From the IMG/VR virus record IMGVR_UViG_3300028588_000015, positions 161,548 to 225,547 of that record: a DNA stretch of 64,000 nt; one strand, 5' to 3'. This document shows, in pieces, positions 26,869 through 37,464 of the stretch. Numbering within the stretch: position 1 is the first letter of the stretch; every line of letters starts with the position of its first letter. Origin of the DNA: a virus. Lineage: Duplodnaviria; Caudoviricetes. Made by a program: the position numbers and the translations under genes. The notes beneath the pieces are model-generated. The model was not told where the DNA came from and made no database searches. It was given only the letters and a program-made list of their open reading frames with translations.

Positions 26869-28392
26869 ATGGCCACTACTCTGGCAAAAACCACCTTCGC
26901 CGCTGGGCCGCTCGACAGCGTGGCCACAGTGGACGTCTATACGCAGCGCAGCAACAGTGTTATTAATAATCGACCCGATACCTTGGCTAACTCTGGACTG
27001 AGTCTTGCCAGTTCTTTGTTTGGCGGCAAAGGCATGTTGGCGTCGCTGCCGCTGGGTGGCGGTGTCAGTGGCCTTCTCAATGACGTCACCAAAAATTTAA
27101 CGTCACAACTTGGGATCACGAATCCGAAATTAGCCAAAGCGGTTAATGCGCTGACACCAATCGTCACCAAAGAAATTGAAAAGAAATTACCGACTGCCAA
27201 GATCAACACCATGATCGCGACAGCGGGTGGCATCGAACGCGCGATTAACATGGTCAGTAATGGCAATGTTTCAGGCGTAGTAAGTTCGGTCAATTCGATC
27301 GCACAAACTGCGGGTGTGCCGGGGATTACGATCAAAGACCCTAAGGGGTTGATCGCCCTCAGTACCGGGTTGGTGGACCAAGGCGTCAAGAACGGTGTGC
27401 CGGGTGTATTGACAACATTGAAAAGCAGTAACATCATCACGAGTAATGCCCAGATGAATGCCGTGGTTAAAGGTGTATTGCCGAGTATTATCCAAAAAGG
27501 CGATCTCGGGACCTTGAAAGAAATTACCACCGTAGCGCCCAGTTCGTTATCTACGCTGGACGATAAAGCGCTCAATGAGTTTGCCAAGTATTACCCAGCG
27601 CCCGATTCACCCAAATCGATTGCACAGTACCAATCAGATTTCGGTGACACCAAGTCGACTTTTGCTGCAATTAAACCGGACTGGTTGAGCGCACCGCGCA
27701 CGGCGAGCAACGGCACCACAGACGATGCATTGAATTTGGGCACGCTTAACAGTGCATCGTCGGAGTTCAAAAAAATGGTTTCCATCGGGGCATTAACTAG
27801 CGGCAATCCTGATGACAAATGGCTGCTGGCGGCCACCGCAACGCCAGTACCTGAATACACTGCCGAACAAAAAGCTGCGTGGGACGGTATCACGATCACT
27901 GCTGGAGAAACCAAGTTCACGCCATTTAACCAAGAAGAATCCGAAGCCAAGTACGCTGCTTATCTGAAGCAGTACCCGACGCCAGAAGCACGGGCCGCCA
28001 TGCTGTATCCGGCGGCCAATGGTAAGACATCGGTCAGCCAACCGCCAGTTGACCCACGCGCGCTGGCCGAAGTGGAACGTCTTAAAACAGTACAGTCTGG
28101 CCAAAAAGCACCCGTTACCACGGTGCGCGCGCCGGGTTTCATTCAGGGTGATATGGACCGCACCATGGACCAGTGGACTGCGGAACTTAAAACGAGTTAC
28201 GAACCAGAACGAGCACTCATCGCAGCCTATACACAACAGTACGGTAAAGACTCTGTCCAAGTCCGTGCTCAAACGGCAAAAGCCGAGTCCATTAAAGTCG
28301 CCATTGACGATAAATGGAAACGGATCTACGATGCGTACTCGACCGAGTTCACAGCGGCGGTGGCTGTTTACGATCAAACAACTATTACGTGA
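26869..28392 (+). CDS. Virion structural protein (tail-associated, inferred from context)
   Basis: 507 aa, Ala/Gly/Thr-rich, convergent with the tail hub genes. Confidence 0.55.
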   Translation: MATTLAKTTFAAGPLDSVATVDVYTQRSNSVINNRPDTLANSGLSLASSLFGGKGMLASLPLGGGVSGLLNDVTKNLTSQLGITNPKLAKAVNALTPIVTKEIEKKLPTAKINTMIATAGGIERAINMVSNGNVSGVVSSVNSIAQTAGVPGITIKDPKGLIALSTGLVDQGVKNGVPGVLTTLKSSNIITSNAQMNAVVKGVLPSIIQKGDLGTLKEITTVAPSSLSTLDDKALNEFAKYYPAPDSPKSIAQYQSDFGDTKSTFAAIKPDWLSAPRTASNGTTDDALNLGTLNSASSEFKKMVSIGALTSGNPDDKWLLAATATPVPEYTAEQKAAWDGITITAGETKFTPFNQEESEAKYAAYLKQYPTPEARAAMLYPAANGKTSVSQPPVDPRALAEVERLKTVQSGQKAPVTTVRAPGFIQGDMDRTMDQWTAELKTSYEPERALIAAYTQQYGKDSVQVRAQTAKAESIKVAIDDKWKRIYDAYSTEFTAAVAVYDQTTIT

Positions 28393-28400
28393 TCGGCAAA

Positions 28401-28442
28401 AAAAGAAGAGTCCGGGTGGACTCTTCTTTTTCTTTTATGCCG
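28401..28442. terminator. Bidirectional terminator plus TATGCCG
   Basis: AAAAGAAGAGTCC-GGGT-GGACTCTTCTTTT perfect stem. Confidence 0.8.
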
Positions 28443-28443
28443 A

Positions 28444-30591
28444 CTACCGTGTGACACCTTTGTAGAACATCGACAACATGCGCGCAGGCGGCGCATCGCC
28501 AATGAAGCTGGCAAAGTGTGTCGCACTGAAAAACGAATCCAGATTCTTCATACTGCGGGTAAGGTTCAGTTTGAACTTACGCCACGAATAGATTTGGTCC
28601 GGCAAGCTTTGACTGGCGAGCACAGCGCAGTAATCACTGAACATGGTATCGTCCGAGAACGCACCCTTCCAAGCCGCAATGGCGGCCACACCTGCGTCGA
28701 CTACCGCACCAGCAGCACCAAAGACCGCAGCACCGGTGGCGCCGCCCGCTGCGGCGCCCGCACCAGCACCTGCCACACCACCTGCCACAGTTCCCACAGG
28801 ACCGATCACCGAGCCAGCACTACCTCCGACAACGCCACCAGCTACACCTCCTACGACGCCACCCGATACTGCACCAAACGTGGCACCGGCAGCTGCACCT
28901 GTCCAAGTCATGCCTTCAGAAATCGGCATGGCCATGATGGACGAGAGGTCGGTCACCGTGATGGTCACGTCAATACCCATTGGCACACCGTTTGAATCGA
29001 AACCCAAATTGCCTTCACCACGCGAGACTGTCAGATTGGTGATCATTGCCAATCGCGACTGACAGCGACCTTGGTCATAGAACTCACAGATGAAGGGACT
29101 TGTGTACGAGTGCTTGCCAGTAGACAACGGCAAAGCGCCTGCCAGCAACATACAGAGCGGTGCGTAGATATTGACAAGACGCGAGATGGGATTGTTGGTC
29201 CAACTGCGCAGTGGGATCGTGTATGACATCTGCGGCATGTCCGCCGTCGAACTCGTCCAGTGTTTCGGAATATCGACAAAGGCCGCGCCACCCAGTGCTG
29301 CCAAACCAGATGCCCCTACACCTGCTGCGATACCACTGGCGGCGTCTTTAACCACATTGGCAATACTACCCAACACATCCCCCACCACCCCACCCACGAT
29401 ATTGCCGTTGGCGATTGAGAAGTTGGTTGAACGCGAAGAACTTGACATGCTGTTAATTTGGTTTTGCAAATCCGATTCCGCCACTTGGCTGGAAAAGGTT
29501 TCACTGACTGCGCCGGTGGAATTGACCGAGAATGTCGCAAACGCGCCGCCATCGTTCAGTTCCGTTTGCAACAGTTCGAGCCAGTTGGCAGTCTTGTCTG
29601 CGCTGTTGTTAGCGCTTTCGGTATTGACATCGGTTTTACCGTCTGCCGTTTTGGGTTGCGATACCAAGGCGCCAAACCACTTTTGCATGTACGCCTTAAA
29701 CCCAACCGGTTTATCGTCGAGCTTGACATTTTGCAGTTCGATCACCCGATCACGCAGCTCCCCAAGATCGTCGCGGTCGAAGATCGACTGCACGGCAGCA
29801 CGACGTCGTTGCGCCAGACGCTGCGCACGGGTGGCCATCGCGAAGACATCGATACCGCCGCCCGGGGCAAAGATACTTGGCATCTTGTCCGAGATCGCCT
29901 TCAAGCCGTCTTTGTCGAACTCATACTTTTCGCCAAAGCGCTTGTTGCCATCATCTTCACCGAAAATACGCGGCACCACACCCATGTTGACTGCGATCTG
30001 GTTCAGCATGGTTTGCACCGCATTCCAATATAGCGGCATGGTCGGCTTCAAGTAGTAAAACTTGGTGGACGGCTTTTGTAAGAAGAAACGCAAGCCGTTA
30101 CCAACTACGTTTGCCACAAGAAGCGGCCAATACACAATACTGGCTACAAAGCCTGCGGCCAAGCCAAGCGTGTAGAAGAAGTTCTTGGCGCGACCGGTAC
30201 GTGCCAGTTGACCTGCTTCGGCATTGTAAAAGCCGGTGAAGAAAGTTGAGAGCGCGTTGAATTCCGGGACTCCAAAACGAAAACTCACCCGCTGCGCGTT
30301 GTTGTTAATCGCTTCCCCGTAATACCGCCCCATGCCCTTACTGCCCGGGAACATGGAATAGATTTCCGTGGAGTCCCCATGCTCATCCATCAGGGTGGCC
30401 TTAGGGTCAGCAAACCGGGTGAACTGGGGTGGCGGGTTGATCGACAAATTACCACCCGGTGTGGTGTCTTGGAAATCGTCGAGGATGTTGGTCCGTGTTT
30501 GGTTTTGGACGCTGAGTTTAGCCATGTCCTTGGTGTTGACCAAGAACGCTTGCCGCACCCACTTGGCGTCTTTGAGCATTGCACCACTCAT
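28444..30591 (-). CDS. Tail/baseplate hub virion protein (phiKZ gp182-like) with glycine-zipper segment
   Basis: Immediately downstream of the gp181-like gene; likely start MSGAMLKD at 30591; Gly/Ala-rich stretch near the C-terminus. Confidence 0.6.
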   Translation of the reverse strand: MSGAMLKDAKWVRQAFLVNTKDMAKLSVQNQTRTNILDDFQDTTPGGNLSINPPPQFTRFADPKATLMDEHGDSTEIYSMFPGSKGMGRYYGEAINNNAQRVSFRFGVPEFNALSTFFTGFYNAEAGQLARTGRAKNFFYTLGLAAGFVASIVYWPLLVANVVGNGLRFFLQKPSTKFYYLKPTMPLYWNAVQTMLNQIAVNMGVVPRIFGEDDGNKRFGEKYEFDKDGLKAISDKMPSIFAPGGGIDVFAMATRAQRLAQRRRAAVQSIFDRDDLGELRDRVIELQNVKLDDKPVGFKAYMQKWFGALVSQPKTADGKTDVNTESANNSADKTANWLELLQTELNDGGAFATFSVNSTGAVSETFSSQVAESDLQNQINSMSSSSRSTNFSIANGNIVGGVVGDVLGSIANVVKDAASGIAAGVGASGLAALGGAAFVDIPKHWTSSTADMPQMSYTIPLRSWTNNPISRLVNIYAPLCMLLAGALPLSTGKHSYTSPFICEFYDQGRCQSRLAMITNLTVSRGEGNLGFDSNGVPMGIDVTITVTDLSSIMAMPISEGMTWTGAAAGATFGAVSGGVVGGVAGGVVGGSAGSVIGPVGTVAGGVAGAGAGAAAGGATGAAVFGAAGAVVDAGVAAIAAWKGAFSDDTMFSDYCAVLASQSLPDQIYSWRKFKLNLTRSMKNLDSFFSATHFASFIGDAPPARMLSMFYKGVTR

Positions 30592-30620
30592 GTAAACCCC
30601 TTCTGAAGATGTAGAAAACA

Positions 30621-30644
30621 CCAGGAGGAGCGAACCCCTCCTGG
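30621..30644 (-). terminator. Hairpin after the tape-measure/transglycosylase gene
   Basis: CCAGGAGG-N8-CCTCCTGG. Confidence 0.5.
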
Positions 30645-30648
30645 TGGC

Positions 30649-33600
30649 TTAGCCGTTCACGGCCATGGAGACAGGCGCATTCGCCATGGGTCGCATCGGT
30701 CCACGACTCGCACCAGCGGCTGGCTTGACCACCTCTACCGGCTTATCCAGCGTTTGAGACGCGGTGGTCAGCGGCGCTTTACGCAGATCCTTCAGAACTT
30801 CCAGACTCTGCTTAGCGATACCGAGAAGTTCACTTTGAACACCATACGACTTTTCGAGAATCTGATTGGTCGTGGTAAGTTTCTCAGCCGCTTGGTCCCG
30901 CTGGTACTGTTGCTGTGCAGCGAGATTACGCGAACGGGTCGAACTATACCCCGTCATCTCAACTGGGTCTGGTGCTGATGCAGCAGGTGCCTCCGTAGGA
31001 ATCGCCGCCGCAGCCACGACCGGCGCTGCCTTGGTAGGCGTGGTCGGTGACGTCACTGCTGCCGTTGGAATTGGCGTTTGGTCACTCACTGGTAGAGACA
31101 CCGCTTTTGGCGCGGCCGCCACTACCGCAGCTGCTGCTGGTGGCGCGCTGCTCGATGGTGCACTGGCACTGACAATCTTCTCGGAACCATCATCAATACC
31201 AAACTGCTTACCTTTGTTGCGAATCAGCCCATTCAGTTTGGCATACACCTCGGCCACCGTAAGGGCGCGGCCACTGCTATAGAAGATCGACTGATTCGCT
31301 GCTGCTGCATCTGGCATCACGTTCGCCGCAATGGCGTCGGGACTTGCACTCAAAAACTTCTTGGCGCCACCTGCACCCAGAAAGTGCGCCGTGTACAGGT
31401 CGGTGTCCGTGAGCTTACGTCCAAGACCTGCCAATGATTGCGCATTGTACTTGATGAACTCGGCACCCAACAATGCATTTGCACGCGGGTCCGTGGCGGG
31501 CGTGTCGGGATCAATGCCGTACTTGGCCGCAAACTTCTGCTTCATCGAATTCCACGTGTCCCGCGTAAACTGATACAAGCCCGTTGCTGAACTCGTAGTG
31601 GCCTTGATGCTGTAATTGAACCCAGATTCAATCGCCGCCATCGTGGCCATCAGTTTCTCATCCACCCCCACCATTTTGGCTGCTGCCGTGATGGTGTCTT
31701 TCAACGCCGCCCAACTACCATTGCCCTTGGGCATGGGGATGGCATTGATGTCACCACCCGTACCTTTTCCTGGGTGCGCAATTTCACGTCCCGAACTGGT
31801 CGAGAGCATATCCTTAGCATTCTCGTAAATCCGCGAGAAGATGTTACCAGAAGGCTTGTTCTGCGCGTCTTTACGCTCTGCAAAGAGCTTACCGAAAAAG
31901 CCTGGTTTCGACTCTTCCTTGGCCTGGCTACCCGTACTGCTGTTGGTCACACCTTGCCTAACGTCTGTCGACTCTTCCAAGACAACGGCCCGTTTGGCTT
32001 GGTCTTTCAGACTTTGGAAGTTGCCTTCCGTGGTCTTAACGTCTGCATTAAGTTGGTAACCCGGCCACGGGCTTTGCTGAATCTGCCACACCGACACCAT
32101 ACTACCATTGTAACTGCCCTTGGCAGTGTAGATCATCGTGGCCACATCCACTGCTTGGATCGCAGTGAGGGCTGGCACCGCTTGTTCCAGCGTCGTCTTC
32201 TTGGTGGTGGTCACCATCGCCGATACATAGGCCAAGTAGGTGGGCAAGAAACGCCCATTGAACCAACTGAGCCACGTATACGCGTCGTCATTGGCGACGC
32301 CTTGTACACCAAAAGTCGATCCCATGGCAGCAATCATCTTTTCCACCGAGCCCGTCCAAGATGCCACCCCTTTGACGATGGTCATGCCTTTCTTGGTTTC
32401 AGCTTCCAGCAGATTCAATGCACGCACTTTATCCGACTGGAATTCCACTAGACCATACGTACGGTAACGCAGCGCCGTCAGGGCATCTAAACGGCCGGTA
32501 TTGAGTACGTCCGACATGATATCGGGACCTGCCACGGTAATTGCGCCAGTGGTGGTCGCCCCTGCGCCCAGGGCGCCGCGAGTGATCTGATTGACCTTGC
32601 CGGTGTCAATCTTTTCTAGTGGAACCTTTTCTGGTAGCTTAACTCCAGGGAGCCCCGCTGACGGTGCCGCTGTGACGGCAGCAATCGCGGCGGTGGCACC
32701 AGGCCGTGCTCCATCCTTTGCTGTTGCTGGAGCACCTTTTTCATCCTTCTGGAGTGCCGCTTCTGCCAGTTCAGTTGCCGCTGCCACTTCTGGTTGCCCG
32801 ACAACAAGTTGGCTCTGATCCGGGAAAGGCGAGGTAAAGACATTATACGGTCCTCCAGGAAACTTAGCAACATTCAGGTATTGCCATTTCTGTGGGACGG
32901 TCAACTCTGCAATATCGCGTAATGATTTTTTAGGATCGACTGCACGCAATGCAGCCACGTTGTTAAGGAAAGTGGGTTTGAAACGCCCATCAAACCACAG
33001 GATGAAGTTTTGCACCTGTTCACGTTTTTTGACGTCGATATCGAACAAGCCGAGTACCTTCTTGGCGTCAACCTTCTTTTCGTCAAAACTGGCCTTGCCG
33101 TCGCTGAAGACAGCGATGTCCGTGAACATTGACTCCAATTCAAAAATCTGCTGCAAATGCTTATCATCCTCGCCCAAAAAACCGTACTGCGCATAACGCA
33201 ACCGCGAGTAAGGATCGAGTTTGAACTTGGTAAGGTACTTGTATCCATAGTAGCCAGCTGCGCCGATTGCGCCGACTGCTAAGGCTGTCAAGACAACGGG
33301 CGATGCGAGTACCGAACCAATACCGGCCGCGACTGCGCCTAAGCCTCCAGCAACACCACCCAAGCCACCCATCAAACCACTGATACCGCCCGTGGTGAGT
33401 AAGGCACCCCCCGCCGTCAGGCCGGCGTCGATAGCAGCATCGCCGTAGTTACCCTCTTGGAGATTTTGGTATGCGCTATATGCACCGTAAGCAGTACCCA
33501 CACCACCTAAGAGCTTACCGCCCATTCCCAAAAGGCGCTTACCCATTCCTAACCCGCCGCGGCCAGCCGCCTTGACCTTATTCCAAAAACCCTTGGGCTT

Positions 33601-36600
33601 ACGACGGCGCCGACGCCGGCGGCGATGATGTTCATTGTCGTTGGCGGCGTCGATATCAATATCGACGCCATCGTCGTCTTCCCCGTCCTTCTTCTTCTTT
33701 TTGAAGTAGTCGAGCAGGCTCTTGGTCTTTTCACCTGCGGTACCGAGCAAACTTTTACCGCCCTTCTTGGCAGCCGCTAGCTTCTCGCCCGCTTTTTCCT
33801 TTACCGCTTTCAGCTTTTCCTTTTGGCGCCTCAAGAGGTCTTGGTAACTACCATCGCGGACACCGTCTCCGTCAGAGTCACCGGCGACCTTCTTTTTACC
33901 AAAGTACTTTTCGAAGAGTTCAGCCATTTTGTCTTTGGCTTTGTTCTTCTTGTTGCGGCCTTTTTCACGCAGTTCTTTCAGGCGTTCTTTCAGGTTCAAC
34001 TTTTCCAGTTGTTCCCTGGCCTTCGAGAATCCGTTATTGACGCTTTCCTTCAGGCGCTTAGTGTTACCACCCACCGCGTCAATATGGACATCTTCAGCAA
34101 AGGTCGTGCGTTCACCCGGCAAACGTGCATTAAGCATGTCGCGGATTTGCAACAGCAAAACCGATTGGTTACGGGACTGTGTACCGATATTCATGCCAAA
34201 GTTGAAATCAAACCCTTTAGCCAATCCCCTGGCCTTGTCCACTACCCAGTCTTTCGCGCCACGGAAGGCGCCAGTGACCGCTTTAAGACTGCGCGAAGCG
34301 AAGTTCTTAACACGCTGGAGGAGTCCCTTATACCCCGTCTTTAATGGATTGCCGTGTTTGTCCAAAAGACCCGAGGCCAATTGCTCGGCAGTCAAGACAA
34401 CGTCACCTCGTTCATCCACCACCGGTCCATCGATCTGAGAAGGACGGCGGATTTCGTTACTGGTAATGCGTGAGGCGTACCCACCAGCGCGCATCGTTAC
34501 CGCGAGCAGGACAGGGTCTTTCTTGCCAGCCACATAGATGTCTTGGGGTTGGTCCAAGAGTTCACCCACCTTTTTGAAGGTGTCGATCCCGAGTTTCAAG
34601 CCGCGACCGTAAATACCCGGCACCACTCGTTGGACCATGTCCCACGAGTTCTTGGCTTGGCGTCTAACAAAACCCAAAGCCGAGATCAACTTCTTACCGA
34701 GACGCGATTTCTCGAACGCCTGCTGCGCTTGTTCCAGCGTCAGGACGACGTTGCCATCTTCGTCCACCACTGCATTTTTAATGTCCTTGTACGAGCGAAT
34801 GATGTCGCCCGTCACTTGGTCGCGATATCGTTCGGCGCGCAGCTTCCAAGCGAGTAGGCGCGGCTTGGCTTCACCTTCGATGTAAACGTCGTTGAATTCC
34901 TTGAGCTTCTTGGAACCCCATTCACCGAGGCGCCTTGCGCCATCCCATGCACTGGATACTGCACCTGTTACGCGCTGCCGTCCTGCGCTGACACGATTCC
35001 GCAACCATTTCGCACTGTTGACTGTGCCGTCCCAAGTGCTGCTTGCGAGACTGCCGACACTGCGATTCCACCAACGGCCGGATTGGCGACCAGAACCTGA
35101 ACCACCGTGGGTCATGATGCCATTTTCCAGCAACTCGATGATGTGGGCCAACATCTTGTTACCATCATTGATCGCCATCGTCGGATTAGCCGCCTCGATG
35201 GCGCGCACCACATCGCTGTTGTCCTGACGTGCGGTAGTCGCTGGCGAGGCTTGCGGTGTTACCTGCACTTGCGGCGCCACACCTGGTTGTTGCTGATTAG
35301 AAGACGGCATTTGGAGTTGCCGCACCGGCATCCGCGTAACTGGCGCAGTTTGGCCATCACGGCGACGGCTCACGCGGCGGCCGTTGACTTGGCTCGTTGG
35401 CACATTGCTGTCGTCTGCGAGCAGATACTCCCGCAGCTTTTCCATGTTGATAGTGTCGCCATCCAAAATGCCGAGATCATCGAGATGATGACGTTGGTTT
35501 AGGTTGACAATATCTTGGACACTCGCCCGTTTGTCCGAGATGTGGTGGCCCAATCCAGCGAACTGATTGGCAAATACCTTACGCTTGAGTTCATTCTCAT
35601 CGTCGGCAAAATACTTCTTGAATACCGCGGCCATCTTCTCTGCGTCATCATTACTGAGGGAGCGGTACACGTCGGAGCGCTCGTCCATGTACTTTCTGGA
35701 GTCGCCCACTTGCCCGTCCAGATTGTTTTCCAACATCTTCTTGCCAAGCGTGCGCTTTTGTTCTGGCGTCAGTTGGTTGCCTTGATCCAGCTCGGCGACA
35801 AAATCGTCCAATTCCCGCTTGAGTGCATCCTTGTCACCCTTACCCACGAGTTTGTTCAGGATATTGGAGCGGACCGTGGATGATTCGGCAAATTTATTGT
35901 TCGTGTAATCGTACTCGACGAGTTCCTGTTTGTCATCACCCGTACGGATAATTTTCAATTCGCGGTAAATACGCGACAGGTAGCCCGGGATGATGTCAGT
36001 GATTGAGCGGTTCGTACGACGGTTGAAAACATCAACATTGCGCACGTCCTCCAGTTTGTCAGATTCCACGTTGGTGGATTCGGGCGACAGCACCGAACGG
36101 ATGTTTTCTTTAATGGCGTCCATCCAACCGGAGCCAGTACCAAATCCGTTTTTACCGATGCCGCGGTCACTGCGCGCCCATTCGAGCGCCAGCTGCGGCA
36201 AGTTCTGTACAAAGTACGCGGCCCGATTACCACCCTTGGTAATTTTCTGGTTCTTCTCCATCTGGCTGTTGAGCCAGGAAGCAAACTTATTGGTGTGGTG
36301 CTGCGAGAGCATACCGCCCGCCATACCGGCCGCTTGTTCGCCCCCCGTCTGTTGACGCCCGAACTGGGCCTGCATCTCTCGCAGCTCTGCCAGGGATTCA
36401 TATGCGCCCAAGCCAGCGCGCACTTGGTCCACCCCATTACGTACCTTGTCTTGCAGTTGACCACCCGCACGCTTGACCATGTTGGCCATGAAGTTGCGGC
36501 GCTTGTTCTGCAAGGTGTCCCCGATCTTGTCGAGGAAGCGATTGCGCACCATCTCCGCCAAACGCTCGGAGGTTTTCAGTTTGGCATATTCCGGCAAGCC

Positions 36601-37368
36601 GGTGTTTTTGAGGATGCCTTCCAGGTGGGTTGACGTCGCTATGTTTTGACGTTTGTTTTCTTCCAGCGACTCGGCCTGCACGTAGTAACTGCGCAGTTGC
36701 AATTCGAGTGATTTGCGCTGGTAGTTGATACCGATGGTGCGTTGGTATTCTGACAGTTCCTGCATACTGCGCCGCATCGGTGCCAAGTTACTCAGCACAT
36801 CCTTGTGACGAGTAAATGCAACACCGTCACGCACACGTTCCCGTGCGTCACCCTCGACTTGACGTTTGTGCGTTTCTTCCGCCTGCGCTTTGAAAATGTC
36901 ACCCAGTTCCGCCTGGATACCGGCTTCCTTCATCTGTTCGCGGGTGAGGTCAGCCGAGCCATTCGTTTGGATTGAATGCGTCCAATTTTTAAACTTCTCT
37001 GCCAGCTTTTTCGGTAAGACTTTGTCGGCCGCCGGGATCAAGCGCTGTGAGGTTTTCTTGATCTCATTGATGACTGGCTTGACCTCTTTGGCCGTCGTAT
37101 TGTATAGACTCCTCAGCGAGCTGGCGGTTTGATCGGCAGTATCGAGCGCTTCGCCGTATCCACGAGGTAATGCTTTCTTGACAAAATGGCGAATATTGTC
37201 CGGGCTGATATGGTTTTCCAAATACCCTTCCCCTGCGGCCATCAATAACTTGGTAGCAGGTTTGCGGTCGTCTTTAACAGGCGGGCCATTGCCAAAATCA
37301 AAATCAGGAAGATCGAGTTCGTCGTCGAAATCCCATGCGTCCATCTCTAACTTCTTGTTTTTGGCCAT
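30649..37368 (-). CDS. Tail-associated lytic transglycosylase / tape-measure-like protein (phiKZ gp181-like)
   Basis: 2239 aa; SLT motif MAAIESGF...SSATGLYQFTRDTW (Glu at 31629-31627); central hydrophobic Gly-rich helices; divergent from the vRNAP genes. Confidence 0.88.
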   Translation of the reverse strand: MAKNKKLEMDAWDFDDELDLPDFDFGNGPPVKDDRKPATKLLMAAGEGYLENHISPDNIRHFVKKALPRGYGEALDTADQTASSLRSLYNTTAKEVKPVINEIKKTSQRLIPAADKVLPKKLAEKFKNWTHSIQTNGSADLTREQMKEAGIQAELGDIFKAQAEETHKRQVEGDARERVRDGVAFTRHKDVLSNLAPMRRSMQELSEYQRTIGINYQRKSLELQLRSYYVQAESLEENKRQNIATSTHLEGILKNTGLPEYAKLKTSERLAEMVRNRFLDKIGDTLQNKRRNFMANMVKRAGGQLQDKVRNGVDQVRAGLGAYESLAELREMQAQFGRQQTGGEQAAGMAGGMLSQHHTNKFASWLNSQMEKNQKITKGGNRAAYFVQNLPQLALEWARSDRGIGKNGFGTGSGWMDAIKENIRSVLSPESTNVESDKLEDVRNVDVFNRRTNRSITDIIPGYLSRIYRELKIIRTGDDKQELVEYDYTNNKFAESSTVRSNILNKLVGKGDKDALKRELDDFVAELDQGNQLTPEQKRTLGKKMLENNLDGQVGDSRKYMDERSDVYRSLSNDDAEKMAAVFKKYFADDENELKRKVFANQFAGLGHHISDKRASVQDIVNLNQRHHLDDLGILDGDTINMEKLREYLLADDSNVPTSQVNGRRVSRRRDGQTAPVTRMPVRQLQMPSSNQQQPGVAPQVQVTPQASPATTARQDNSDVVRAIEAANPTMAINDGNKMLAHIIELLENGIMTHGGSGSGRQSGRWWNRSVGSLASSTWDGTVNSAKWLRNRVSAGRQRVTGAVSSAWDGARRLGEWGSKKLKEFNDVYIEGEAKPRLLAWKLRAERYRDQVTGDIIRSYKDIKNAVVDEDGNVVLTLEQAQQAFEKSRLGKKLISALGFVRRQAKNSWDMVQRVVPGIYGRGLKLGIDTFKKVGELLDQPQDIYVAGKKDPVLLAVTMRAGGYASRITSNEIRRPSQIDGPVVDERGDVVLTAEQLASGLLDKHGNPLKTGYKGLLQRVKNFASRSLKAVTGAFRGAKDWVVDKARGLAKGFDFNFGMNIGTQSRNQSVLLLQIRDMLNARLPGERTTFAEDVHIDAVGGNTKRLKESVNNGFSKAREQLEKLNLKERLKELREKGRNKKNKAKDKMAELFEKYFGKKKVAGDSDGDGVRDGSYQDLLRRQKEKLKAVKEKAGEKLAAAKKGGKSLLGTAGEKTKSLLDYFKKKKKDGEDDDGVDIDIDAANDNEHHRRRRRRRRKPKGFWNKVKAAGRGGLGMGKRLLGMGGKLLGGVGTAYGAYSAYQNLQEGNYGDAAIDAGLTAGGALLTTGGISGLMGGLGGVAGGLGAVAAGIGSVLASPVVLTALAVGAIGAAGYYGYKYLTKFKLDPYSRLRYAQYGFLGEDDKHLQQIFELESMFTDIAVFSDGKASFDEKKVDAKKVLGLFDIDVKKREQVQNFILWFDGRFKPTFLNNVAALRAVDPKKSLRDIAELTVPQKWQYLNVAKFPGGPYNVFTSPFPDQSQLVVGQPEVAAATELAEAALQKDEKGAPATAKDGARPGATAAIAAVTAAPSAGLPGVKLPEKVPLEKIDTGKVNQITRGALGAGATTTGAITVAGPDIMSDVLNTGRLDALTALRYRTYGLVEFQSDKVRALNLLEAETKKGMTIVKGVASWTGSVEKMIAAMGSTFGVQGVANDDAYTWLSWFNGRFLPTYLAYVSAMVTTTKKTTLEQAVPALTAIQAVDVATMIYTAKGSYNGSMVSVWQIQQSPWPGYQLNADVKTTEGNFQSLKDQAKRAVVLEESTDVRQGVTNSSTGSQAKEESKPGFFGKLFAERKDAQNKPSGNIFSRIYENAKDMLSTSSGREIAHPGKGTGGDINAIPMPKGNGSWAALKDTITAAAKMVGVDEKLMATMAAIESGFNYSIKATTSSATGLYQFTRDTWNSMKQKFAAKYGIDPDTPATDPRANALLGAEFIKYNAQSLAGLGRKLTDTDLYTAHFLGAGGAKKFLSASPDAIAANVMPDAAAANQSIFYSSGRALTVAEVYAKLNGLIRNKGKQFGIDDGSEKIVSASAPSSSAPPAAAAVVAAAPKAVSLPVSDQTPIPTAAVTSPTTPTKAAPVVAAAAIPTEAPAASAPDPVEMTGYSSTRSRNLAAQQQYQRDQAAEKLTTTNQILEKSYGVQSELLGIAKQSLEVLKDLRKAPLTTASQTLDKPVEVVKPAAGASRGPMRPMANAPVSMAVNG

Positions 37369-37464
37369 TGTTAATAGCTCCTAATAAACGGTGGGTATGG
37401 TACCCCCTTCATAATTTAAGTCCTTGGCGCGCCAAGGACGTTGATTTATCCTTAAGGTGTTCGC

